NCBI GenBank assembly: GCA_039584325.1
Contig: JBDGYA010000009.1
Coordinates: 944 to 64,943, forward strand
Source: Gemmatimonadota bacterium
GTDB taxonomy: Bacteria > Gemmatimonadota > Gemmatimonadetes > Gemmatimonadales > GWC2-71-9
DNA: 64,000 bases
Reading direction: 5' to 3'
Position numbers and translations under genes: made by a program. The notes below the pieces were generated by a model. It searched no databases and was not told where the DNA came from. It worked only from the letters and a program-made list of their open reading frames with translations. Below, one piece after another: positions 53,987-63,161 of the stretch (within the stretch, counting starts at the first letter, position 1; each line of letters begins with the position of its first letter).

Positions 53987-54915
53987 GCGGGCGCTGCCCC
54001 TCCGCGCTCTCCCTTCTGCTGCGCGAGTATCCCGGCGGCCCGCACCACCCCGGCGTGGATGTCAACGGTATCGGCGATGTCGGCCGCGTACCCCCCGGCC
54101 ATGGCCACCGCGACAGGGAGCCCGTGCTCACGACAGAACACGAAGACGGCGCGATCCCGTTCCGCGAGGCCCGTCTTCGTCAGCGCGAGCCGCCCGAGGC
54201 GGTCGCCGCCAAAGGGATCGGCACCCGCCAGATAGAACACGAGATCGAACGCGGTGGGGTCGGGAATGCGGGCGAGACCGTTGCGCAGCGCACGGAGGTA
54301 CTCGTCATCGCCCGTCCCGTCCGGCAATGCGACGTCGAGGTCGGCTGGCTCCTTGTGGAACGGGAAGTTGTCGGAGCCGTGGATGTCGAACGTGAAGACC
54401 GACGAGTCGTCCCGGAAGATGCGGGCCGTGCCGTTCCCCTGGTGCACGTCCGTATCGATGACGAGCGCGCGTCGGATCGTGCCGTCCCGCTGCAGCACGC
54501 GGACCGCAACCGCCACATCGTTGAAGACGCAGAATCCCTCGCCCCGGTCCGTGAACGCGTGGTGCGTGCCTCCGGCAAGGGTCATCCCGATCCCGTGTCC
54601 GACGGCCCAGCGGGCGGCGGCAATGGTCGCACCGACCGACCGGCGGGACCGCTCGACCAACTCCGGCGACCAGGGCAAACCGAGGCGCCGCAGGCCGGCG
54701 GCGTCCAGCGTGCCGCATGTGACGTCGCAAATGTAGTGGTCGGAGTGTACGAGACGCAGCTCGCCGTCCGCGGCGGCCTCGGGCACCGCGAGCGCGTTGG
54801 GACGCACGACCCCGGTCGCGATCACCCGCTCACGCAGGAGCCGGTACTTCGCGATCGGGAACCGGTGCCCGGGCGGGAGGGGAACCTCGAAGTGGTCCGT
54901 GTGGTAGATGCGCAT
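53983..54915 (-). CDS. Histone deacetylase/acetoin-utilisation (HDAC/AcuC) family deacetylase
   Basis: 'GGTHHAFTDRGEGFCVFND', 'IDTDVHQGNG' and 'GADPFGGDRLG'. Start placed at ATG 54915 (MRIYHTDHF). Confidence 0.85.
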   Translation of the reverse strand: MRIYHTDHFEVPLPPGHRFPIAKYRLLRERVIATGVVRPNALAVPEAAADGELRLVHSDHYICDVTCGTLDAAGLRRLGLPWSPELVERSRRSVGATIAAARWAVGHGIGMTLAGGTHHAFTDRGEGFCVFNDVAVAVRVLQRDGTIRRALVIDTDVHQGNGTARIFRDDSSVFTFDIHGSDNFPFHKEPADLDVALPDGTGDDEYLRALRNGLARIPDPTAFDLVFYLAGADPFGGDRLGRLALTKTGLAERDRAVFVFCREHGLPVAVAMAGGYAADIADTVDIHAGVVRAAGILAQQKGERGGAAPA

Positions 54916-55048
54916 CGTGCTCAACACAGGATAGCGATGTGGCGCCTGTCACGGCGCCGGCGTGAACTGCGTCACGGCACGGAAAGCCCTATGAATGCTA
55001 GCTTTCGGGACCGCCGCACGGCGGCACCGTGATACTCACAGGAGACGG

Positions 55049-56116
55049 ATGATGACAAGATCTTGGACACATTGCACCGTACGTGCCGCCGCGCTGTCGC
55101 TCGTGGCAATCGGTCTCACCGCGTGTGGCGATTCGGCAGGCCCCGGGGACACCTTCGACCCCGTCGCGTCCAGCGAAGCCACGGCAGAGGCTCTCGCCCC
55201 GTTCACCGACAACCCCGGCATTGACGCCCTGTTCGTGCTGGAAACCGCACTGCCCGCCCTGGGTGGCGCCGCCGCCGCTCCGGCCATCCCGGTTCCGGAT
55301 TCACCATACCCGGCCTTGGACGAGGTCCGCGTGCTCGACCGGCTCCTGGGCTTCATGAGCCCCACGGTGCCGGCAGTGCTCTTCCCGGCCGATCTGCTGG
55401 GCAAGACCCTCGTGTACAATCCGTCGACCGGACAGTACGAGGTCGACCTCGAGGCGACGGATGCGCCGTCCAACGGTATCCGAATCGTGCTCTACGCCGT
55501 CGACCCGATCTTTCACGAGCCCATCGAGCCACTCAACGCCGTCGGGCATCTCGACCTCACCGACGAGGGAACGGCCGAGGCCGACCGGGTCCGCGTCGTG
55601 GTGGTGATCGGCTCGGTGACGCACCTCGACTACGTGGCGAGCGCCACCGTCCTCACGAGCGGCCTCGTGTTCAGCGCCGTGGGCCAAGTGTCGGACGGCG
55701 TGACCGTCGTGGACTTCGACCTCTCGCACACCTGGTCGGAGGTCGATGGCTTCACCCTCACGTACGGCATCGACGTCGTCGGCACGGATACGTATCTGGA
55801 CGTCCGCATCGAGCTGGACCCGACCGTCGAGATCGTGACGTTCTACCTCGAGGTGGGGCACGACGGCGGAACGCTGATTCTCGACCTGTCCGCGACGGCC
55901 ACGGCGCTGTCCGGCACGGTCACGGCCGACGGAACGGTCGTCGTCGAGGTCAGTGGGACACCCGAGGCACCGGTCTTCGACGCCGAGGGATTGACCCCGG
56001 AGCAGCAGCAGGCCCTTGGCGAGCTGTTCGACGGCATCTTCGAGCTGATCGAGGGCTTCAACGGACTCCTCATTCCGGCGTATCTTGTACTGCAGGTGAG
56101 CATAGCGTTGGCATGA
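55049..56116 (+). CDS. Hypothetical lipoprotein
   Basis: Lipobox 'LVAIGLTACGD'. GGAGACGG lies upstream of the ATG. The sequence is Thr/Val/Asp-rich and beta-type. No known motif. Confidence 0.5.
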   Translation: MMTRSWTHCTVRAAALSLVAIGLTACGDSAGPGDTFDPVASSEATAEALAPFTDNPGIDALFVLETALPALGGAAAAPAIPVPDSPYPALDEVRVLDRLLGFMSPTVPAVLFPADLLGKTLVYNPSTGQYEVDLEATDAPSNGIRIVLYAVDPIFHEPIEPLNAVGHLDLTDEGTAEADRVRVVVVIGSVTHLDYVASATVLTSGLVFSAVGQVSDGVTVVDFDLSHTWSEVDGFTLTYGIDVVGTDTYLDVRIELDPTVEIVTFYLEVGHDGGTLILDLSATATALSGTVTADGTVVVEVSGTPEAPVFDAEGLTPEQQQALGELFDGIFELIEGFNGLLIPAYLVLQVSIALA

Positions 56117-56117
56117 G

Positions 56118-56921
56118 ATGATCTTCAATTCGGTATGGCGCGGAGCGCTGGCAGCCCTCCTCCTGGTGGGCTGCGGCGCTCCGCCGTCTTCTCAGGACTT
56201 GATCTTCGTGGACGGGCGAGCAGTTGCCTCGGCCGGTGACTCCGTGCTCGCGATCACGCGCCAGGGAGATCCATCGATCCTGCTGCGAGACCGGCGGACC
56301 GGCGCCGTGTTCACGCGGGGCGAACACGCCCTCACCAGTCCGTATCAGGTGCAGGAAGTGGACGGACGGTGGTACGTCTCTGACGTCGTGAACGGCGAGG
56401 AGTGGATTGTCGTGTTCGACACCCAATGGAACGTGCTCGAGCGGATCCGGATCGACACCCTCGCCCAGGCACCGCACCAGTTCGCGGTCCTGCCGGACGG
56501 ACGGATCGTCCTGGAGCTGGCCGACTTCCGCCTAGCCACGCTGGACGCTGGCGAGCTCACCACGTTTGCCCTCTTCGAGCCGGCGAGCCGGACGGGGTTC
56601 CTCGTCGCCGCCAGCGGGGGGGTCCTGCATGCCGTACCCGACATGTACGTCACGCTCTACAACGAGCAGGGCAACATCCGGTGGCGGCATCTCTGGGAGT
56701 GGCGGGAGGACGTGTACGTGTCGGACCTGGCGGTCGACGCGCGTGGCCGCATGCACATGCTGATCGGCGAGGCAAACCGTAACACCTTCGTCTGCTTCAG
56801 CTTCGCGAAAGCGACAGGCGAGATCTTGCGCTGGTCGGAGCCGGGACCCAGTGCGACGTTCTCGATCGACCGCCTGGGCGAGATCACGCCGGACGGGCTC
56901 AGTCGGTGGATCGATCGGTAG
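56118..56921 (+). CDS. Hypothetical lipoprotein (possible beta-propeller-like)
   Basis: Lipobox 'ALLLVGCGA'. The start is 1 nt after the preceding stop. Confidence 0.5.
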   Translation: MIFNSVWRGALAALLLVGCGAPPSSQDLIFVDGRAVASAGDSVLAITRQGDPSILLRDRRTGAVFTRGEHALTSPYQVQEVDGRWYVSDVVNGEEWIVVFDTQWNVLERIRIDTLAQAPHQFAVLPDGRIVLELADFRLATLDAGELTTFALFEPASRTGFLVAASGGVLHAVPDMYVTLYNEQGNIRWRHLWEWREDVYVSDLAVDARGRMHMLIGEANRNTFVCFSFAKATGEILRWSEPGPSATFSIDRLGEITPDGLSRWIDR

Positions 56922-56928
56922 CGGAAGC

Positions 56929-56949
56929 GGGCCTCAGTACTTGAGGCCC
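56929..56949. terminator. Perfect 8-bp stem, 5-nt loop hairpin at the convergent lipoprotein/dnaJ junction
   Basis: gggcctca-gtact-tgaggccc. It overlaps the last codons and the stop of dnaJ. Confidence 0.45.
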
Positions 56950-58025
56950 GTCGTATCCGCAAACTGCTTCAGCGCCGCCTCCTGCTGGGGCGACAGCTCT
57001 TCCGGGAGCGTCACCGAGATCTCGACGATCTGATCCCCCTTCGCGTTGCTCTTCTGTACCCCTTGGCCCCGGATGCGGAACCGGCGCCCGGGCTGGGTCC
57101 CTGGCGGCACCGTGAGCACGACGTGCCGGCCGCTCACCGTCTTGACCTTGACGCGCGTTCCGAGCATCGCCTGGGCGAGGTTGACCGGGACCGTGCAATG
57201 GATGTTGAGGCCGTCGCGCTGAAAGAAGCGATCGGGCTCTACCTGAAAGGACACGATGAGATCGCCGGAGGGCCCACCGTCGTCACTCCGCTGCCCCTGC
57301 CCTTTCAGTCGCACCTTCTGGCCGGATTCGGTACCCGAGCGGACCGTGACCAGCAGCCGCTTCTGCACGCTGACCTCGCTCTGCCCTCCGCAGCGCGAGC
57401 AGACCTCACTTGGGATCCTCCCACGACCACGGCAGGCCGGACACGGGCGCGTGACGGCGAATCCGCCCTGACCGAAGGTGACCGTGCCCCGGCCCTTGCA
57501 CTCGTCGCAGACACTGACGCGTGCTCCCGGAGCGGCGCCCGATCCACCGCAGGAAGGGCAGGCCTCGCTGACGTCGATGGTCACCGGGACCTTTCCCCCA
57601 AGTACGGCGGTCCGGAACGGGACCCGCACGGCAACCTCAATAGGCTCGGCCCGTTCGGCGCGCTTGCCCTTGCCGAAGATGGACGAGAACAGATCCCCGA
57701 GACCGCCGAAGCCCGGGAATCCGCCGAAGTCCACCTCCTGGAAACCCTGCGTCGGCCCGCGGCCCGCTCCGCGTTGCCCAAAGCCCCCACCGGGGGCAAA
57801 CGCTCCCAGCTTCCGCATCTGATCGTACTTCTTGCGCTGCTCCGCACTGCCCAGCACACCGTACGCCTCCCCAACTTCCTTGAATCGCTCCGAGGCACCG
57901 GCGTTGTCGGGATTGGCGTCGGGATGATACTTCTTGGCCAGCTGCCGGTAGGCCTTCTTGATCTCGGCCTCGGACGCCTTTTCCGGAACACCGAGCACGC
58001 GATAGTAGTCCTTGACCGGCGGCAT
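56934..58025 (-). CDS. dnaJ: Molecular chaperone DnaJ
   Basis: J-domain '[31 protein letters not shown]'. G/F region. Four CxxCxG zinc-finger repeats ('CPSCGGSG', 'CDECKGRG', 'CPACRGRG', 'CSRCGGQS'). Confidence 0.9.
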   Translation of the reverse strand: MPPVKDYYRVLGVPEKASEAEIKKAYRQLAKKYHPDANPDNAGASERFKEVGEAYGVLGSAEQRKKYDQMRKLGAFAPGGGFGQRGAGRGPTQGFQEVDFGGFPGFGGLGDLFSSIFGKGKRAERAEPIEVAVRVPFRTAVLGGKVPVTIDVSEACPSCGGSGAAPGARVSVCDECKGRGTVTFGQGGFAVTRPCPACRGRGRIPSEVCSRCGGQSEVSVQKRLLVTVRSGTESGQKVRLKGQGQRSDDGGPSGDLIVSFQVEPDRFFQRDGLNIHCTVPVNLAQAMLGTRVKVKTVSGRHVVLTVPPGTQPGRRFRIRGQGVQKSNAKGDQIVEISVTLPEELSPQQEAALKQFADTTGLKY

Positions 58026-58034
58026 GCGGACCGG

Positions 58035-58688
58035 TTACTCCCCGCCCTGCTCGGTGTCCACGAGCACCACGACGCGTGCCGGACGTAACAGAACGTTGCC
58101 CAGCCGGTAGCCGGGCTGCACGACACTACCGACCGTGCCCGCCTCGCTGTCACCCGAGGCCGGTTGGGTCGCGATCGCCTCGTGATGGTTGGGATCGAAC
58201 GACTCCCCTGGGGACCCCACCCGCTCGAACCCGGCCTGCTCGAGCTCCTGCAGGAGCTTGCGCTCGACCATGTGGATCCCCTCGATCACGTCGTGCACGG
58301 TGACGTTCTCGGCTTCGAGCGCCGCGACCCGCCCGAGATCGTCCAGCGTCTCCAGCAACTGGCGTGCGAAATCCGCCTGTGCCCGCTCGCGGACCTCCAT
58401 CCGCTCGCGAATCGTGCGCTTACGGAAATTGTCGAACTCGGCAGCCAGACGGAGATAGCGATCGTTGTGCGCCTCGAGCTCGGACTTCAGCGCCTCCACC
58501 TCCGGAGCCGCCGGCTCGGTCCCCTCGGACACCTCGTCTCCCAGCCGCCGGTCGACTTCCGTCTCCGCCGCGTCAAGGCGCTCGGCCTCGGAGCCCTCCA
58601 CACCGGCCGTCTCCGCCGCGGTCTCAGGCTGGTCCTCCTGGAGCGCGTCGAACTCATCCTCTGATTGCTTTCTCTTGCGCATAAACAT
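58035..58688 (-). CDS. grpE: Nucleotide exchange factor GrpE
   Basis: 'RYLRLAAEFDNFRKRT' and 'FDPNHHEAI' are GrpE blocks. Confidence 0.9.
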   Translation of the reverse strand: MFMRKRKQSEDEFDALQEDQPETAAETAGVEGSEAERLDAAETEVDRRLGDEVSEGTEPAAPEVEALKSELEAHNDRYLRLAAEFDNFRKRTIRERMEVRERAQADFARQLLETLDDLGRVAALEAENVTVHDVIEGIHMVERKLLQELEQAGFERVGSPGESFDPNHHEAIATQPASGDSEAGTVGSVVQPGYRLGNVLLRPARVVVLVDTEQGGE

Positions 58689-58760
58689 CCCAATTCGTAG
58701 TGGCGATTCTCGGTGTCGAATAATAGTGGAACCAACAAGCTCCGTACCACGTTGGCCTGT

Positions 58761-60038
58761 CTAAGTGGCAGGTTCGGCGGCAGCCCGCGGCTCGAGCAGT
58801 CCACGCAGCAGGTCCAGCGCTGACTGCGCACTCCGGTGACGCACTTCCTCCCGGCCTCCGGGAAACCGCAGCAGCGCCGTGCGACGGCGCTCGCGCGCCC
58901 GCACCGCCAGCCACACGGTTCCTACCGGCTTGGCCTCCGTCCCCCCGGTCGGGCCGGCCACTCCCGTGACCGCCAAGGCTGCGTCAGCACCGAAGCGGCG
59001 CGCCACTCCCTCCGCCATCGCCTCCGCGACCTGCTCCGACACAGCGCCCTCCTGCTCAAGCGCCGATTCCGAGACGCCGAGATGGCGCACCTTGGCAGCA
59101 TTGGAGTACACAACAAGGCCCCCCACGTACACGTCGGAGGCCCCGGTGATCGCCGTCACACGGGCTCCCACCAACCCGCCGGTACAGGATTCCGCGGTTG
59201 CCAACGTCCAGCCAAGGTCCCGCAGGCGGCCCAGTACGACCCCTGCGAGGTCTTCTGCATCCCGCCCATAGCACCGGTGGCCCAGGCCGGAGATCAGCAG
59301 CCTGGCCGCACCCTCGAGGGCGGCCTGCACGGCGTTCGCATCACGCCCAGTAGCCGTGAGTCTCAGGTCTACTCCGTCCCACCCCGGCAGGAACGCGAGC
59401 GTGACCCGGCCCAGCGCCGACTCGTGCGGCCGGAGGGCGTCGGCCAGCCCGGATTCCGTGATGCCCGTGGTCCGGAGGGTCAGCGAGCGAACGACCCCCG
59501 CTCGCCGACCGTCGGCAGCCATGCGGCGTTCGAGGAAAGGTACGACGCTGTCCCGCAGCATGACCCGCATTTCCGGAGGTACTCCGGGGAGCAGCACCGC
59601 GGTGCCGGGCGAACCCTCGAGCACCAGTCCCTGCGCGGTCCCGCGGGGATTGGGGATCCGCACCGCGCCGCAGGGGATCTCCGCCTGCGACCGGTTGCTG
59701 GCCGGCATGGGGGAACGGCGGAAACGACGGAAACGCTCTTCGAGCTCCGCGAGGTACTGCCGATCCAGCTGCAACGGCATCTCGAACAACTCCGCCACGG
59801 CCCGCTTGGTCACGTCGTCCCGCGTCGGCCCGAGGCCCCCGGTGACGATCACGAACCCCGCGCGCCCAAGCGCCGCCGACACGGCATCCCGAATCTCCGC
59901 GGCGGCGTCCGTGACCGTGACGCGCCGCGTGACGCGTACACCAACCGCCGCTAGGGCCTGGGCGATCTCCGCTGCGTTGCTGTCGACGGTGAAGCCGAGG
60001 AGCAGCTCAGTCCCGACGGTGACCAGCTCAAGTTCCAT
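58761..60038 (-). CDS. cinA: CinA family protein (MoCF-binding domain plus nicotinamide-nucleotide amidase PncC domain)
   Basis: 'ELVTVGTELLLGFTVDSNA', 'VIVTGGLGPTRDDVT' and C-terminal 'ATAESCTGGL'. Confidence 0.85.
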   Translation of the reverse strand: MELELVTVGTELLLGFTVDSNAAEIAQALAAVGVRVTRRVTVTDAAAEIRDAVSAALGRAGFVIVTGGLGPTRDDVTKRAVAELFEMPLQLDRQYLAELEERFRRFRRSPMPASNRSQAEIPCGAVRIPNPRGTAQGLVLEGSPGTAVLLPGVPPEMRVMLRDSVVPFLERRMAADGRRAGVVRSLTLRTTGITESGLADALRPHESALGRVTLAFLPGWDGVDLRLTATGRDANAVQAALEGAARLLISGLGHRCYGRDAEDLAGVVLGRLRDLGWTLATAESCTGGLVGARVTAITGASDVYVGGLVVYSNAAKVRHLGVSESALEQEGAVSEQVAEAMAEGVARRFGADAALAVTGVAGPTGGTEAKPVGTVWLAVRARERRRTALLRFPGGREEVRHRSAQSALDLLRGLLEPRAAAEPAT

Positions 60039-60687
60039 CGCCGGTGGCGTGGGCGGTCCCCCGGAATAGTGCGCGGTATCGGTAGATGTACATGGCGAGC
60101 GAGTACGCGGTCAGCACGACCGCGAACCCGAGCGTCAGAGCAACGACGGTGCCATGGAACCGCTCCCAGAAACGTCCGAACCACACGCTCTCCAACCCCA
60201 GCTCGGCTCGGAGGTCCTTCCAGGCAAACCACAGAATGGTCGCCCCGATGAAGACGTCCTGCACGATCGTCTTGAGCTTGCCGGCGCCGGCAGCGGCGAT
60301 CACCACACCGCGTCGCTTTGCCACCTGCCGGAAGACGGTCATGGCCACTTCCCTGCCGATCAGGAGCACCGCTACCCAGACGGGGAGGCTGCCCCACCAG
60401 GGAATCTCGTACTGCCGCATGGGATAGCGGGTGATCCAGTAGATCGGGATGAGCGTGGCCACGAGCAGCAGCTTGTCCGCGAGGGGGTCGAGGAGCTTGC
60501 CGATGTCGGTAATCTCCCCCCGCTCCCGTGCGAGGCGTCCGTCGTAGATATCGCTGATCGCCGCCGCGAGAAAGACGAAGAAGGCGATTAGCTTGGGGAT
60601 GTATCCGTGGATGAACGGCAGCAGCGCGATGACCGGCGCGAGAGCGATCCGCGCGACCGTCAGGATGTTGGGCAGCGTCCAGATCAC
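60028..60687 (-). CDS. pgsA: CDP-alcohol phosphatidyltransferase (PgsA-like)
   Basis: 'DIYDGRLARERGEITDIGKLLDPLADKLL' matches DGx2ARx8Gx3Dx3D. Confidence 0.8.
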   Translation of the reverse strand: MIWTLPNILTVARIALAPVIALLPFIHGYIPKLIAFFVFLAAAISDIYDGRLARERGEITDIGKLLDPLADKLLLVATLIPIYWITRYPMRQYEIPWWGSLPVWVAVLLIGREVAMTVFRQVAKRRGVVIAAAGAGKLKTIVQDVFIGATILWFAWKDLRAELGLESVWFGRFWERFHGTVVALTLGFAVVLTAYSLAMYIYRYRALFRGTAHATGDGT

Positions 60688-60696
60688 GCCGACTCC

Positions 60697-61371
60697 TCAG
60701 CTCAGCGACTTGAGGACCAGCTTCGCGACTGCCTTCAGTGTATCGAACACGCCGTCACCGGTGATCGCCACGGATTCGAAGGATGGTGCGCACTCGATCC
60801 ACACCCCGTCCCGCCGCTGAATCAGCAGCTCGTTGGGATCCCACGGGTTGGCCTTCTCGTGCTGCCTCGCCGGGTCGGAGACCTCCCAGCCGGGGTTCAG
60901 CTGCGCCTGCAGATCCTTGACCGGTGCGGCGTTGGGCAGATCGCGTTTGTTGTACTGAACGACGAAGGGGATCTTGGTGAGATCGTATCCGTACTCCGCC
61001 ATGTTGTCGTACAGGTTCTGCATGGACTCCACGTTCGCCTCGGTGCGCTCGACCTGACTATCCGCAACGAAGACGATGCCGTCCACTCCCTTCAGAATGA
61101 GCTTGCGAGACGCGTTGTAGTACACCTGTCCCGGCACCGTGTAGAGGTGGAACCGGGTCTTGAACCCGCGAATGGTGCCGAGGTCGATCGGCAAGAAGTC
61201 GAAGAACAGCGTGCGTTCCGTCTCCGTCGCCAGCGACACCATCTTTCCACGGGTGTTCGGGGCAACCTTGTTGTAGACGAACTCGAGATTCGTGGTCTTC
61301 CCGCCCAACCCGGGACCGTAGTACACGATCTTGCAGTTGATCTCGCGTGAGGCGTAGTTGATCATCGACAT
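60697..61371 (-). CDS. mglA: Ras-like small GTPase MglA (motility/polarity regulator) with an internal insertion
   Basis: '[26 protein letters not shown]', 'RTLFFDFLP', '[14 protein letters not shown]', '[10 protein letters not shown]' and '[14 protein letters not shown]' are near-identical to canonical MglA blocks. Confidence 0.9.
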   Translation of the reverse strand: MSMINYASREINCKIVYYGPGLGGKTTNLEFVYNKVAPNTRGKMVSLATETERTLFFDFLPIDLGTIRGFKTRFHLYTVPGQVYYNASRKLILKGVDGIVFVADSQVERTEANVESMQNLYDNMAEYGYDLTKIPFVVQYNKRDLPNAAPVKDLQAQLNPGWEVSDPARQHEKANPWDPNELLIQRRDGVWIECAPSFESVAITGDGVFDTLKAVAKLVLKSLS

Positions 61372-61389
61372 CGTCGATCGAGCCTCCGC

Positions 61390-61893
61390 TCAGTCGCCGA
61401 AGAGTTTGTCGATCTCGTCATCGGCGCCCTCCAGGGGGCCGGCCCGCTCCGGGGCACGGTCACCTGGCTCCGGCGACGCAGATCGTCGGAACATGGCGTC
61501 GAACAGCGCGGAGAGATCGGCCACCGTCTGCTTCACTCGGAGTCGCACCATCCCGACGGTCGTCCGATTGTCGAACAGAACGACGAGGATGACTCGCCGC
61601 GCGATGTCGGCGAGGTACATCGATTCCCGCTCACCCTGGTGAAAGAGCGACGCGAACTCCCCCTCCCCGATCATCTTCGCGAGTTGATCGTTGGCGCTGA
61701 AGTCGGCCGCCGTCAGCGAGGCAAACGCCGTGGGATCGAACGCCAGCTGCTCGCCCGAGTGCGCCAGCAGCTGCCCCGCCCGATCGACCAGCAAGGCGCA
61801 CCGCGCATCCGACTCCTTGAGCAACGCTGCCAGATGGTTGGTGATCTGCTGGTAGTCGCGCTCGTCCAGCGACCACGTACCGGCACCAGTCAT
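61390..61893 (-). CDS. mglB: Roadblock/LC7 domain protein MglB (MglA GAP)
   Basis: It lies immediately upstream of mglA. 'ALLVDRAGQLLAHSG' and 'ILVVLFD' are Roadblock-type. The C-terminal tail is acidic. Confidence 0.8.
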   Translation of the reverse strand: MTGAGTWSLDERDYQQITNHLAALLKESDARCALLVDRAGQLLAHSGEQLAFDPTAFASLTAADFSANDQLAKMIGEGEFASLFHQGERESMYLADIARRVILVVLFDNRTTVGMVRLRVKQTVADLSALFDAMFRRSASPEPGDRAPERAGPLEGADDEIDKLFGD

Positions 61894-61905
61894 CCGCTCC
61901 TCGCC

Positions 61906-62175
61906 CTAGCCGAGTTTCGCTTCCATGCGACGGAGGATACGTCCCGCCCGCCGACGCAGCATGGGATGCCGCTCCCACGCCAGGTAGTCATGTAACAACC
62001 GAACTGCCTCGACGCTGGGCGCGCGGCTGATGTAGCCCAGCGCCGAGAACCGGCGAAGCGGCCGGGCGCTGAACAACGCCTCACGATGGCGCCCGATGGA
62101 CTGCTGCGCCAGCAGCGTCCCCAGCACCGCGCCAAGCCCGATCCCGGCGAGCAGCGCCTTGATCCTGGCGTTCAT
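61906..62175 (-). CDS. Hypothetical small membrane protein (89 aa)
   Basis: The ATG overlaps the recR stop (ATGA). N-terminal TM 'ALLAGIGLGAVLGTLLA'. It forms the C-terminal part of ORF 61906..62577. Confidence 0.4.
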   Translation of the reverse strand: MNARIKALLAGIGLGAVLGTLLAQQSIGRHREALFSARPLRRFSALGYISRAPSVEAVRLLHDYLAWERHPMLRRRAGRILRRMEAKLG

Positions 62176-62771
62176 GCGTCCCTCATCTCCCGCCGCGCCG
62201 CCAGCGCCCGGGCAATGGTGACGCTGTCGGCATACTCCAGATCGCCACCGACGGGCAGACCGAGCGCGATTCTGGTCACCCGGATCTCCGTCTCCTCGAC
62301 CACGCCGCGCAGGAACGTCGCCGTGACCTCTCCTTCCATCGACGGATTGGTCGCGATGATGACCTCCCGCACGGCGGTACCGTTCGCCAAACGCGACCGC
62401 AGCGCGTCGACCCGGAGTTCCTCCGGACCGATCCCGTCCAAGGGCGATAGGTGGCCGCCGAGCACGTGGTACAGCCCCCGGTACTCCCCGGTTCGCTCGA
62501 TGGCCCCGATGTCCGACGCCTCCTCCACGACGCAGAGCACGTGCGGGTCGCGCCGCGGATCGGCACAGAGCGTACACGGATCGGCCTCACCAAGGTTGCC
62601 GCAGACCGAGCATGGCACGACTCGCTCCGCAACCGCCTCCAGGGCCCGAGCCAGTCGCCGGGTGGTTTCCGAGGGCTTCTTCAGGAGGAAGTAGGTGAGC
62701 CGGGTCGCCGTCTTTCTCCCGATGCCGGGGAGCCTGCTCAGCTCGCCGATCAGGTCCTCGATCGCCGACAC
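62172..62771 (-). CDS. recR: Recombination protein RecR
   Basis: HhH 'LPGIGRKTATRL', zinc finger 'CSVCGNLGEADPCTLC' and a Toprim region. Confidence 0.95.
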   Translation of the reverse strand: MSAIEDLIGELSRLPGIGRKTATRLTYFLLKKPSETTRRLARALEAVAERVVPCSVCGNLGEADPCTLCADPRRDPHVLCVVEEASDIGAIERTGEYRGLYHVLGGHLSPLDGIGPEELRVDALRSRLANGTAVREVIIATNPSMEGEVTATFLRGVVEETEIRVTRIALGLPVGGDLEYADSVTIARALAARREMRDA

Positions 62772-62774
62772 GGC

Positions 62775-63092
62775 CTACAGTGGAAACTGAAACGGGAGCG
62801 GCAGTCCGCCAGTGACCTTCTTCAACTCGTCCCGGTACAACGCCTCGGCCCGGCGCTGCGCGTCGGCAATGGCGGCCAGCACCAGATCCTCGAGCATTTC
62901 CACGTCATCGTCGGAGACCGCCGCCGGGTCGATCGTGATATCCCGGACCTGCCCGCGACCGTCTGTCGTCACCTTGACCATTCCGCCGCCCGCCGACCCC
63001 GTGACACTCTGCCCGGCGAGCTCGGTCTGCATCTGGGTCAGTCGGCCCTGGACCTGCTGGCCCAGCTGAAAGAGCTGTGATAGATCCGCCAT
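62775..63092 (-). CDS. ybaB: YbaB/EbfC family nucleoid-associated protein
   Basis: 'GGGMVKVTTDGRGQVRDITIDP', 'DDVEMLEDLVLAAI' and the dnaX-ybaB-recR synteny. Confidence 0.9.
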   Translation of the reverse strand: MADLSQLFQLGQQVQGRLTQMQTELAGQSVTGSAGGGMVKVTTDGRGQVRDITIDPAAVSDDDVEMLEDLVLAAIADAQRRAEALYRDELKKVTGGLPLPFQFPL

Positions 63093-63161
63093 ACCTACGC
63101 GTGTGTTGAGTCGAGCGCTACCCGAAAGTGCAAGCTACCCCACCCGGTGGGGGGCCGCAAG

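Noticed and set aside
63093-63161. A small RNA (SRP RNA or tRNA) in the dnaX-ybaB gap
   Set aside because: The gap is only 69 nt and has a single weak 6-bp hairpin (ccccac-ccg-gtgggg). It has no SRP domain-IV-like motif and no tRNA cloverleaf.
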